From Candidatus Iainarchaeum sp. (lineage in GTDB: Archaea > Iainarchaeota > Iainarchaeia > Iainarchaeales > GCA-2688035): a stretch of DNA of 64,000 nucleotides. Under the pieces are notes generated by a model. It searched no databases. It worked only from the letters and a program-made list of their open reading frames with translations, and was not told where the DNA came from. A program made the position numbers and the translations under genes. The stretch is from assembly GCA_017610175.1 (NCBI GenBank), contig JAFCCO010000003.1:16137-80136 (forward strand). Direction: 5' to 3'. Shown piece after piece: positions 28,419-37,122 of this stretch. Position 1 is the first letter of the stretch, and each line of letters opens with the position of its first letter.

Positions 28419-29351
28419 ATGGCTAGACAAAATTTGATTAAAAAACTGCTGGAAAAATACAAGTGGTATTTGAAAAGGGCAGACTTCAATATCCCTGTAG
28501 AAGTCTGGGTGCCGGTTTCGTTCGGCCTGGCAATAGCCTCCGCCGTAATCCTGTTCCTGTTTATTGCCCTGTTAAATTTGCCTGTAAGCCCACTAATGTC
28601 GCTTATAATTTTCCTGGTTGTAGTTGACTTAATGCTTGGATACCCCTACATAAAGGCAACTTCAAGAATTGATGCAATGGAAGCCGCCTTGCCGGATGCA
28701 CTAAAGCAAATGGCGGACACACTCAAAGCAGGCGGAACATACGAATACGCACTGCGTGAAATTGCAACATCACAATACGGGCCGCTTACAAAGGAAATGG
28801 GCCTTGCATTGAGAAAACTAGAGGAGGGTGAAACCCTTGAAAACAGCCTCAAAACTTTTGCAGACAACATAGGGTCAAGGCTAATAAGCAGAAGTGTTGC
28901 GGTAATAATTGACAGCATAAAGGCAGGAGCCGGGCTTGCAACAGTCCTTGATGAAATTGCAGAAGACATAAGGGCAATGCACAGAATAGGGCGTGAAAGA
29001 AGAAGCGGAACCGCCCTCCAAGTAATGTTTATGGTTGCGGCAGGAAGCCTTGTTGCCCCAATAATTCTCGGACTAGTTTCAAGCATAATTGGGCTCTTTA
29101 TTCAGGCTTCAGCAGCACTTGACATAACCGCCGCGCAAAAAGCCCAAGCACTGAGCGTAAAAGACATGATTGTGTTTCTGATGCAATCATACATCCTAGT
29201 TGAGGTAACTGCCTCAGGAGTTATGGTATCTTTAATGCGAAACGGAAACATAAGCAAAAGTATTATATACATCCCTATCCTCTTACTAGTAGCGTATATT
29301 ACATACTATACCTCGTCATTTGTATCAATGATAGCAATTGGAGGAGTTTAA
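28419..29351 (+). CDS. TadB/TadC (FlaJ)-like platform protein, second paralog
   Basis: T2SSF-like repeats 'ALPDALKQMADTLKAGGTYEYALREIA' and 'ATVLDEIAEDIRAMHRIGRERRS', plus TM helices. Confidence 0.7.
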   Translation: MARQNLIKKLLEKYKWYLKRADFNIPVEVWVPVSFGLAIASAVILFLFIALLNLPVSPLMSLIIFLVVVDLMLGYPYIKATSRIDAMEAALPDALKQMADTLKAGGTYEYALREIATSQYGPLTKEMGLALRKLEEGETLENSLKTFADNIGSRLISRSVAVIIDSIKAGAGLATVLDEIAEDIRAMHRIGRERRSGTALQVMFMVAAGSLVAPIILGLVSSIIGLFIQASAALDITAAQKAQALSVKDMIVFLMQSYILVEVTASGVMVSLMRNGNISKSIIYIPILLLVAYITYYTSSFVSMIAIGGV

Positions 29352-29518
29352 TGAATTTTGCAGAGGAAGAAAAAGCCCAGGGTTCAATGGAATACCTCAT
29401 AATATTGGCAGGCACCGTATTTGTAGCGGTTGCAGTAGGATTGTATCTTAAAAGTGTTCCGTCACAAACAGAACACAGAGTAGCTCAAGAAACACATGCA
29501 GCAATTCACGGTTTTTAA
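29351..29518 (+). CDS. Short Flp-like archaeal pilin (class III signal peptide)
   Basis: 'MNFAEEEKAQGSMEYLIILAGTVFVAVAV', 55 aa, with GGAGG-like SD upstream. Confidence 0.55.
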   Translation: MNFAEEEKAQGSMEYLIILAGTVFVAVAVGLYLKSVPSQTEHRVAQETHAAIHGF

Positions 29519-29537
29519 AAAAAATGGAGGAAATAAG

Positions 29538-29714
29538 ATGGATGAAAAAGCACAAGGAGCACTAGAATACCTACTCCTAATAGGAGGCGCAGTACTAGTA
29601 GCAGCAATCGTCCTCACACTCGTCACAGGACTTGCCACAACAGGACAACACACAACACATGTAGGTGGCACAAAGGTCAGTGGCCAGCTAAACGCGCTTA
29701 ATGCACTGTCATAA
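29538..29714 (+). CDS. Short Flp-like archaeal pilin
   Basis: 'MDEKAQGALEYLLLIGGAVLVAAIVLTLV' with SD 'GGAGG'. The first 74 nt are identical to 29746..29819. Confidence 0.6.
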   Translation: MDEKAQGALEYLLLIGGAVLVAAIVLTLVTGLATTGQHTTHVGGTKVSGQLNALNALS

Positions 29715-29745
29715 ATATTATATTAATACGCGGAGGTGCAAAAAA

Positions 29746-29925
29746 ATGGATGAAAAAGCACAAGGAGCACTAGAATACCTACTCCTAATAGGAGGCGCAG
29801 TACTAGTAGCAGCAATCGTAATTGTTCTGCTTTCAGGACTGACAGGTACACCGCTCCACGCAAGCGAACAAGCAAATGCAAAACTGAACATAGGGTACTC
29901 AAGCCTTAACGCCCAGGCAAAATAA
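29746..29925 (+). CDS. Short Flp-like archaeal pilin (tandem duplicate)
   Basis: 'MDEKAQGALEYLLLIGGAVLVAAIVIVLL'. The 5' 74 nt are identical to the upstream copy and the C-termini diverge. Confidence 0.6.
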   Translation: MDEKAQGALEYLLLIGGAVLVAAIVIVLLSGLTGTPLHASEQANAKLNIGYSSLNAQAK

Positions 29926-29951
29926 TTGCCTGGCAAAAAGAGGATCTAAAC

Positions 29952-30107
29952 ATGGACGAAAAGGCTCAGGGGGCAATAGAATACTTGCTTTTGATAGCGG
30001 GAGCAGTGCTAGTAGCAGCAGCAGTTCTTGCATTTATGACATTTATAGTGCCGCAAACAAAGAATACCGCTAATACAAAACTGGTAAATTTCCTCCACGC
30101 CATCTGA
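29952..30107 (+). CDS. Short Flp-like archaeal pilin
   Basis: 'MDEKAQGAIEYLLLIAGAVLVAAAVLAF', 51 aa. It is below the length cut-off of the ORF track. Confidence 0.55.
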   Translation: MDEKAQGAIEYLLLIAGAVLVAAAVLAFMTFIVPQTKNTANTKLVNFLHAI

Positions 30108-30143
30108 GCCAAATTATTTTTACTTAAAAACAAAGGTTTTTGC

Positions 30144-30317
30144 ATGGAAGAAAAAGCACAGGTTGCATTTGAATATCTCTTAACCGCCCTTTTTGGAATA
30201 GTGCTTGCAATATCCGCAGCAATACTGGTTGACACCATAAGGGGAATCTCACTGGTAGCGCAAGGTGAAATACTTGAGTACAGGGATGACACAATTTCTG
30301 CATTGATGCAGGGCTGA
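30144..30317 (+). CDS. Short Flp-like archaeal pilin
   Basis: 'MEEKAQVAFEYLLTALFGIVLAISAAILV', 57 aa. It is not in the ORF track. Confidence 0.5.
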   Translation: MEEKAQVAFEYLLTALFGIVLAISAAILVDTIRGISLVAQGEILEYRDDTISALMQG

Positions 30318-30326
30318 GGTGTTCCA

Positions 30327-31412
30327 ATGCCCTGGAATCAAATTCTCGTTCTCATTTCCATAGCAGGATTAGGGATTGCAACATACACTGATTTAAAGCA
30401 AAGAATGGTTAGGAACTGGCTCACCTATTCCCTTATTGCAGGGGGGCTTGCAGGAAACCTTGTTCTTGCAATAATCGAATCACGCCCCGAAATATTCATA
30501 CTGTCCGCAATAGCAACAGTGTTCGGATTTGGCTTTGCATACCTACTGTGGAAAATGGGCGTGTGGGCCGGAGGAGATGTAAAGCTGTTTACCGGTTTGG
30601 CCGCACTTAACCCGGTTGCCCCGCTTGCATTTGGCTGGATCTCACTATTCCCAATTGCACTTTTTGTGTTCTCCATTTTCGCAGTACTCCCCTACGGAAT
30701 AATTATTGCACTGCACGGCCTGATGAAACGAAATGAAGAAAGGAAGAAAGTAATCAAAGACTCGGCAGTGAAAGTAAAGCAAACAATTCAAATCGGGCTT
30801 GCAATAGTGGGGCTTTCATGGATTCTGGGAATGTTCAACATACCCGCACTAGCCATAATCCCCATATTAATCGTGTTTGGAATGATAAAAAACGCAAAAG
30901 CAATGTGGGCAATTGCCACATTGCTATTTGCGGCAAGTGCATTTAATGCCCCGATTGCAAGCATTACAAATTTCGTTGTAATCTTTGCCCTGTTCTTTGG
31001 ATTCTACCTATTCATAAAACTTTACACAGTATCCAAAATAATCCTGAGGGAAGAGAAAAAAATAAGTGAACTGGAAGAGGGGGACATTCCTGTTGAATCA
31101 ATAATTGAATTGGATGGAAACGTAAAAAGAGTAGCCCCCCTGGAAATAAAAACAATTATTAACTACCTCGCGAATAATAAAGTACAGGAACTGCTGCAAT
31201 TACTGCAGTCAAAAGGGAGGGTGATTGCAAACAACAAGAGAGCAAGAGGGCTTACGGACGAGGAAATAGAAGAGCTCAACGGGCTTGTTAAAAGCAAAAA
31301 GTTGAGCAATCTGCTTCAGGTGAAGCTTTCTGCACCGTTTGTTCCCGCATTGTTAATTGCATATATCACACTTTACTTGATTGGAGATTTTGTATGGGCT
31401 TTGGTCTTATGA
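30327..31412 (+). CDS. Prepilin/preflagellin peptidase (A24 family; PibD/FlaK/TadV-like) with C-terminal extension
   Basis: First catalytic Asp in TM1 ('IATYTDLKQRMVRN') and second Asp in 'WAGGDVKLF', in a polytopic membrane core. A roughly 110-aa charged, coiled-coil-like region and a final TM helix follow the core. Confidence 0.7.
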   Translation: MPWNQILVLISIAGLGIATYTDLKQRMVRNWLTYSLIAGGLAGNLVLAIIESRPEIFILSAIATVFGFGFAYLLWKMGVWAGGDVKLFTGLAALNPVAPLAFGWISLFPIALFVFSIFAVLPYGIIIALHGLMKRNEERKKVIKDSAVKVKQTIQIGLAIVGLSWILGMFNIPALAIIPILIVFGMIKNAKAMWAIATLLFAASAFNAPIASITNFVVIFALFFGFYLFIKLYTVSKIILREEKKISELEEGDIPVESIIELDGNVKRVAPLEIKTIINYLANNKVQELLQLLQSKGRVIANNKRARGLTDEEIEELNGLVKSKKLSNLLQVKLSAPFVPALLIAYITLYLIGDFVWALVL

Positions 31413-31888
31413 AAAACAGGAAAGGACAAATATCTATTGAGTTTATACTCATAATACTCATCGTTCTTGTATACATAACTTCCGTTATTCAGCCAACGGT
31501 AAAAATAGCCACCGAAACAACCTGGGACATTACAAGGCTTTCTGAGACAAAATTTGCAGCACAAAAACTTGCAGCCGCAATAAACCAGCTTGAAGCAAGC
31601 GGCGGAGACGGGAAAAAAACAATAAGCCTGTTTGTCCCAAAAGGCGCGGTGGTTGAATGCACCGGCATAGCATCAATAGACTTCACAGCGTCACTGGGCA
31701 GCTTGTCAGTTCCCCCTGTGTGCGATCCTATTGGAAGGGAATGCGCCGGATCAATTGAACTCGTTTCAGGAATAAGCGGCCTTAACTGTTTTGGAGGAAG
31801 CCCAATTGATGCAAGTGCAAGCAACATCTTTAGAAAAGTTGAAGTTATAAAGGACATAACCGGAATTAGGGTTGCTTATGCCTCTTAA
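31409..31888 (+). CDS. Pilin-like protein with class III signal peptide and a globular C-terminal domain
   Basis: 'MKNRKGQISIEFILIILIVLVYI'. The start overlaps the peptidase stop, and the Cys-containing C-terminal domain is about 130 aa. Confidence 0.5.
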   Translation: MKNRKGQISIEFILIILIVLVYITSVIQPTVKIATETTWDITRLSETKFAAQKLAAAINQLEASGGDGKKTISLFVPKGAVVECTGIASIDFTASLGSLSVPPVCDPIGRECAGSIELVSGISGLNCFGGSPIDASASNIFRKVEVIKDITGIRVAYAS

Positions 31889-32225
31889 CAAAAAAGGGCA
31901 GGTGAGCTTTGAACTGTTAATGCTGACAGCCATCATTTTTGTAACCGCCATCTGGACAAGCGGATACTACCTAGATATAAAGGATTCAACACTGGCAATA
32001 CAATTATCAAAAGCCCAGTCAATTCTGGAAATTGAGGAAGAAGACGACCTCTACACAATTGAAAAAATAGAATTTGTGGAAGTAACGAACGAACAAATAG
32101 ATATTACAGTAAGATTCTGCCCGGACTCAACAATTGATTTTGATGAAGGGGCGCTTGCAACGAAGATAACACAAAACACAAAGTACACCACCGCAAACAT
32201 TGGAGTGGTGGACGGCTCCTGCTAA
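31872..32225 (+). CDS. Pilin-like protein (class III signal peptide)
   Basis: 'MLMPLNKKGQVSFELLMLTAIIFVTAIW'. The gene overlaps its upstream neighbour. Confidence 0.45.
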   Translation: MLMPLNKKGQVSFELLMLTAIIFVTAIWTSGYYLDIKDSTLAIQLSKAQSILEIEEEDDLYTIEKIEFVEVTNEQIDITVRFCPDSTIDFDEGALATKITQNTKYTTANIGVVDGSC

Positions 32226-32258
32226 ACGTTCTTCGACGAAAAGAAAACCTGTTTTTAA

Positions 32259-32645
32259 TTGTTTTTCAAACAAGCACATGCTATGCTTAAAGAAAGACAC
32301 CTCGCAGCCACTGCCGCTTTGATTGCAGTGTGCGGCATTGCACTAATAGCAGCAGCAAACGCATTGGTCGAATACAAAGAAACAAGCATTGCGGAAATTG
32401 ATGGCGGCAGCATAGGAAAAAGAGTACTGGTTTTTGGGCACATTGAGTGGGCTCTGCAAAAAGACAACTTTGTTCTGCTCACACTAAACGACGGGGCAAA
32501 AATAAAAGTAGTAGCTTTCTCTCCGACTAAAGAAGAGCGGGCAATTCTTGCACGCGGAGCATATGTCTCAGTCAAGGGAACAGTGAAACAATACAAAAAC
32601 GAGATTGAAATTGTCGCAGAGGAAGTGAATGAGTGGAAGGGATAA
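32259..32645 (+). CDS. Membrane-anchored OB-fold-like protein
   Basis: An N-terminal TM ('LAATAALIAVCGIALIAAANAL') is followed by 'RVLVFGHIEWALQKDNFVLLTLNDGAKIKVVAF...YVSVKGTVKQYKNEIEIVAEEV', which reads as beta-rich, possibly OB-like. Confidence 0.35.
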   Translation: MFFKQAHAMLKERHLAATAALIAVCGIALIAAANALVEYKETSIAEIDGGSIGKRVLVFGHIEWALQKDNFVLLTLNDGAKIKVVAFSPTKEERAILARGAYVSVKGTVKQYKNEIEIVAEEVNEWKG

Positions 32646-33835
32646 TGCTGGCCGTGGTTGCGGGCTGCATTATTGGAACTGTAACAGGGCTGGTTCCCGG
32701 ATTGCATGTGAACACAGTTGCAGTGCTTGCAGTCTCCATTCTCAGAGAAAACGCAGGCTTTGAAACCGTAATATTAATCGCAAGTGCGGGCATCGTGCAC
32801 ACCTTCCTTGATTTTATCCCAAGCATCTGCCTGGGCGCACCAAGCGATGAAAGCTTTCTGTCAGTACTGCCAGGACAACGATTTTTTCTCAAAGGAAAAG
32901 GCCATTACGCGGTGTCACTAACTGTTTGGGGTGGGCTGGCAGCAGGAACTATGGCAATTGCATTTGCCCCCCTGTTCATAAAGTTTGTGCAAGCAAATGT
33001 CACAACCATAAACTCAATTCTGCCTTTTGTGCTGCTGTCTGTCATCGCACTAATGGTTTTTGACGAAAAGGGATTTAAAAGAAAAGGCATTGCACTCACT
33101 GTTGTAGTTTTTTCCGCAGTGTTGGGGGTTGTGGTGTTGCGCGAGACAAGCATTGTGAAAAACCCTCTTTTGCCGCTCGTTTCAGGCTTCTTTGGAGCCG
33201 CACCCCTGCTTCACACAATAAAAAGCAAGCCAATTGCAAGAAAACAAGTGACTGAATTTGTTAAAACACGTTTCGCGCTGGTTTCAAAAAACTCAGCAAT
33301 TGGATTGGCTGGAGCGGCATTTGTCTCACTCTTCCCCGGAATCGGGCCAAGCCAAGCCGCACTCACCATAAAAACAACAGCCGGAAAAATTAAGGCAAAT
33401 GAATACCTTGTTGTACTGGGTGGAATAAATACTGCAAACATGCTTTTTTCAATCGCAGCACTCTATGCAATCGGAACAACAAGAACGGGAATTGCCGCAG
33501 CAATAAAGCAAGTTATTGAATTGGATTCAGTGCACTTGCCATCCCTTGCAGGCGCATCACTTGCAGCAATCGCATTCGGTGCAATTGCAACAATTATTAT
33601 TTCAAAAAAATTCATTAATGTAATTTCCGGCATTGAATATGCACGAATCAACGAAACCGTGCTGGTGATTCTTACCGCAAGCGTTTTTATGCTCTCCAAT
33701 TTCCCGGGGATGATTGCATTTGCAAGCGCAACCGCAATAGGCTTTGCGGCAATTTCACTCAAAGTCAAAAGAAGTAATTGTATGGCCTTCCTTATGGTGC
33801 CTGCAATCCTTCAGTACACAAGTCTATTCATTTGA
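32633..33835 (+). CDS. TctA-like (DUF112) polytopic membrane protein
   Basis: Duplicated Gly/Pro-rich half-motifs ('GTVTGLVPGLHVNTVAV' and 'FVSLFPGIGPSQAALT') in a protein of about 11 TM segments. Confidence 0.45.
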   Translation: MEGIMLAVVAGCIIGTVTGLVPGLHVNTVAVLAVSILRENAGFETVILIASAGIVHTFLDFIPSICLGAPSDESFLSVLPGQRFFLKGKGHYAVSLTVWGGLAAGTMAIAFAPLFIKFVQANVTTINSILPFVLLSVIALMVFDEKGFKRKGIALTVVVFSAVLGVVVLRETSIVKNPLLPLVSGFFGAAPLLHTIKSKPIARKQVTEFVKTRFALVSKNSAIGLAGAAFVSLFPGIGPSQAALTIKTTAGKIKANEYLVVLGGINTANMLFSIAALYAIGTTRTGIAAAIKQVIELDSVHLPSLAGASLAAIAFGAIATIIISKKFINVISGIEYARINETVLVILTASVFMLSNFPGMIAFASATAIGFAAISLKVKRSNCMAFLMVPAILQYTSLFI

Positions 33836-33846
33836 CTGCAAATGAC

Positions 33847-34386
33847 TTAATGCTTAACCCCAACAACCAATTGGTTGCCGCCAAACAAGAATTGCCTACT
33901 CTTTACCACGTCGAAACCAGCACTCTCAATTATTGAGACAAGATCGTCAATTGAAAAAATATTTTTATGGTCTTGAGCGTCGTGAGCCGATGTCAAACCC
34001 AATTTTGCAAGGTAATGATGCAAAGCATTTCCCGCTTTAGATGGAGTGGTGACAACCAACACCCCTTTCTTGTTAAGACAGGCATAAAGATTTAACAGAA
34101 GTGAATTACAATCAGATACGTGTTCAATAACCGCCAGGAGGGCAATCGAATCAAACTTACCCAAGTCAGACAGATTATTCAAAGCACTGCGCCTAAAAAA
34201 AGAAAAATCGTCTGCCGGTTGCTGCAGCACATCAATTCCAACATATTTAGAGGAGTCAGCCAAATAATGCCTCAACCCCCCTTGTCTGCACCCAACATCC
34301 AAAACCTTTCCGCTCAGAAAGGATTTAGCTATCTTAAACCTCTGCTTTTCAAGAAATCCACTTAACATGCCCCGTTTCCTCGCCAT
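33847..34386 (-). CDS. Class I SAM-dependent methyltransferase
   Basis: Motif I 'VLDVGCRQGG', a post-I acidic residue ('IDV') and motif II 'FDSIALLAVIEHV'. Confidence 0.6.
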   Translation of the reverse strand: MARKRGMLSGFLEKQRFKIAKSFLSGKVLDVGCRQGGLRHYLADSSKYVGIDVLQQPADDFSFFRRSALNNLSDLGKFDSIALLAVIEHVSDCNSLLLNLYACLNKKGVLVVTTPSKAGNALHHYLAKLGLTSAHDAQDHKNIFSIDDLVSIIESAGFDVVKSRQFLFGGNQLVVGVKH

Positions 34387-34407
34387 CCCAGATCACAACA
34401 CGCGCAA

Positions 34408-35289
34408 TTATTTTGATTTAGTACTCATATCTGCCAGAAAGCCAAAAAGGATTACCTGCAACCCTGAAATCAGCAGAAGAAGCATTAACAAAAGCAGTCC
34501 TGTGTGCCCCTGGATCCCGCTAGTAAAATGGAGAAAAGTAAAATATAAACCAAGAACAAAACCTGTTGCGAACAATGCAGCTCCAATAGAGCCAAAAAAT
34601 TTAAGCGGCGCAAAATCGCGGTATACGCGAAGCAGGTTAATGCCCGCCCTTACTGCATATTCCAGTGGATGTGCAATGAGTCTGCTCTCGTCATTGCGCT
34701 TTGCAAAATAAGCGGGAATTTCGACTACTGCAAAATTGTTTCGCACAGCACGCACCACTTGCTCTTGAGTATAAGTGTGGTTGGAAATTATTGCAAGCCG
34801 GGCTATGTCTGTATTAAATGCCCTAAACCCTGTTTGCGGGTCCGTTATCTTCCTGTGAACAATCTGAGAAATTACTTTTGCAAACGCAATATTTCCAAGT
34901 CTCTTAAGAAAAGGCATCTGCTCGATTGTCCCCAAAAACCTGCTTCCCAATACAAGATCGTTTCCCTCCTTCATCTTCTCAAGCAAGGAAGGAATTTCAT
35001 CGGCACGGTATTGCAAATCAGCATCAATATGAACAATAGCATCGGCGTTAAGCTTGAGCACCTGTTGCATTTCAGTGCGAAAAGTTGATGCAAGGCCCAT
35101 ATTACGCCTGTGGCTGAAGACCTTCGCTCCTGCGGCCCTTGCAAGGCTTGCCGTGCGGTCTGTGGACCCGTCATCAACAACCAGAATAGAAAAGTCGGTT
35201 CCCGACATCGCATCCTTAATTTCTGCAATTTGCCGGGATATTGTGCCTTCTTCATTAAAAGCCGGTATTGACACAACAATTTGTCCCAA
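34408..35289 (-). CDS. Family 2 glycosyltransferase (dolichyl-phosphate sugar synthase-like) with C-terminal TM helices
   Basis: 'VVSIPAFNEEGTI', 'VVDDGSTDRT' and 'HIDADLQ' (DxD) are present, and two C-terminal hydrophobic helices match the Dpm1/GtrB-like topology. Confidence 0.75.
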   Translation of the reverse strand: MGQIVVSIPAFNEEGTISRQIAEIKDAMSGTDFSILVVDDGSTDRTASLARAAGAKVFSHRRNMGLASTFRTEMQQVLKLNADAIVHIDADLQYRADEIPSLLEKMKEGNDLVLGSRFLGTIEQMPFLKRLGNIAFAKVISQIVHRKITDPQTGFRAFNTDIARLAIISNHTYTQEQVVRAVRNNFAVVEIPAYFAKRNDESRLIAHPLEYAVRAGINLLRVYRDFAPLKFFGSIGAALFATGFVLGLYFTFLHFTSGIQGHTGLLLLMLLLLISGLQVILFGFLADMSTKSK

Positions 35290-35362
35290 AGAGATCCCCT
35301 ATAAATTATAACCCAACAAGTATTAATAAGTTTAGTTTAGAAGACAATTAGGTGTTGATTTT

Positions 35363-37120
35363 TTGTTTGGGCTTTTGCTAACAATCATTATTTACACGCT
35401 TCCGGGATTTCTTATTTTGGAATGCTTCAAATTCAAGGGAGCAAACAAAATTCTGCTTGGAACCGCGGTCTCCCTTGCAGTGACCCCAGCCATTATGTAC
35501 AGCCTATCGCTCGTGGTGCCGATTAACACAGTTGCAGTCACATTGTACTCCCTTGCCCTGCTTGCACTTGCCTATTCAAAAAGAAAATCCCTTAGACTCG
35601 AATTGGGGGCAATCCTTCAGACTCACACACCAAGCAACGCTTTGGAAAAAACCGCTCTTGTCCTTATGTTTGCTATAATTACAGTCATTAGCACATACCT
35701 TATTTTGGCGCCACCTGTTTACTGGGACGACCTCACATACCATGTGCCCTTAATTAATGATTTTGCAGAAGATGGGCAATTTGAAACCTATGCGCAGCCA
35801 AAAAATGACTTCGAGCTTCGATCAAATCGCTATCCCCTTCTCTTTGAAACAGCAGTCGGCATCCCAAAAATGCTTTCCCCTTTCCCTGCATGGAAACTTG
35901 TGCCAGCCATTGCATTTGCTCTCGCAGCATACACCATATTTCTTCTCTCCAAGGAAGCCAAAAAACCCACTGTCTGGGGGGCGGTGCTGTTTGTTTCAAC
36001 CATTGAAATCCTATGGCACTCCGCCGCCTCATTCTATGTCGACATCTACCTGAGCATGCTTATTGCGGGAGCGGTGTATTTTGCACTAAGATTCTTAAAG
36101 GAACGTCAGAAAGCCCTTCTCTTCGCAAGCAGCTTGTTCATTGGAACCGCAATACTTACAAAATTTACAGGAATAATTTTTGCAGCCCTGCTCATTGCCT
36201 TCATCGCCTTTAAAACCAGAAAAATAAAAACAGGCCTTTGCGCCGCACTAAGTGCACTGGCGGTAAGCGCAGCATATGCAGTAAGTCAGCTGCTGAGTTA
36301 CGGCTTTAACACAAATGTTGGCATAGCAAACTATGGCACAATTTCAGAAAATGGAATTGCCCACTCTTTTTTGAGGAATATTTCAATGACTGCATCAATA
36401 CTGGGAAACTTTTTGCTAACATTTAGGTTTTCACCGGTAGTGCTGGTTTTATTTGCTGCATCGATTGTAAAAAATCGCAAAAACACTCAGGCTCTTTTAA
36501 ACCACGCAACGCTTTTGCTGGGAATCGGTTTCTTGTTGGCAACATTTTTTTCAAAGGCATTCCCCACCCCCACCGGCCTGCCAAGATACCTGTTTCCAAT
36601 TTATGGGCTTTCATGCGCTTCGGCTGGAGCTTACATAACCTCAATAGACAGAGGGTTGATGAAAAAAATCGTAATGGCAATGGCTCTTGTGAGTATACTG
36701 CTTGGGTTCTTTGTCATTGTTGACGAGTTTGGCCCAAAAATTGAATATTACAGTGCACAAGGCCCAGAATTGTCATCAGGGGGAATGCCAATTCCAAATG
36801 AAAAAGGGATTCGTGTTTTTTTCCCAATTTCCAATGCTTTTGTCCTAGGGCTTGAAAAAACAGACCTACGTGACTTTCAGTCCTACAAACATATTGACTC
36901 AAATGTGTGTCGCTTTCTAACGGAGCAAGAAATAGACTATGTTGTTCTAGCGGCATTTGACCTGTGGAAAAGTGAAACAACACGCTTTGGAACTACACGC
37001 CTTGGTGTCACGAAAGTCGAATTTGTAAAAAATCTTGAGATTGAAATGGAAAAAAAGGGCTGCATAGAAATTATCGGTGGGCAAAATAGGTTTACTACAA
37101 CACTAAAGGTAAGGAGATAG
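35363..37120 (+). CDS. Large polytopic membrane protein, putative GT-C type glycosyltransferase (ArnT/PMT-like)
   Basis: 585 aa with about 12 TM helices. An early extracytoplasmic loop carries an acidic 'WDDLTYHVPLINDFAEDG' motif reminiscent of GT39/83 DE motifs. It is adjacent to the GT2 gene. Confidence 0.4.
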   Translation: MFGLLLTIIIYTLPGFLILECFKFKGANKILLGTAVSLAVTPAIMYSLSLVVPINTVAVTLYSLALLALAYSKRKSLRLELGAILQTHTPSNALEKTALVLMFAIITVISTYLILAPPVYWDDLTYHVPLINDFAEDGQFETYAQPKNDFELRSNRYPLLFETAVGIPKMLSPFPAWKLVPAIAFALAAYTIFLLSKEAKKPTVWGAVLFVSTIEILWHSAASFYVDIYLSMLIAGAVYFALRFLKERQKALLFASSLFIGTAILTKFTGIIFAALLIAFIAFKTRKIKTGLCAALSALAVSAAYAVSQLLSYGFNTNVGIANYGTISENGIAHSFLRNISMTASILGNFLLTFRFSPVVLVLFAASIVKNRKNTQALLNHATLLLGIGFLLATFFSKAFPTPTGLPRYLFPIYGLSCASAGAYITSIDRGLMKKIVMAMALVSILLGFFVIVDEFGPKIEYYSAQGPELSSGGMPIPNEKGIRVFFPISNAFVLGLEKTDLRDFQSYKHIDSNVCRFLTEQEIDYVVLAAFDLWKSETTRFGTTRLGVTKVEFVKNLEIEMEKKGCIEIIGGQNRFTTTLKVRR

Positions 37121-37122
37121 TT

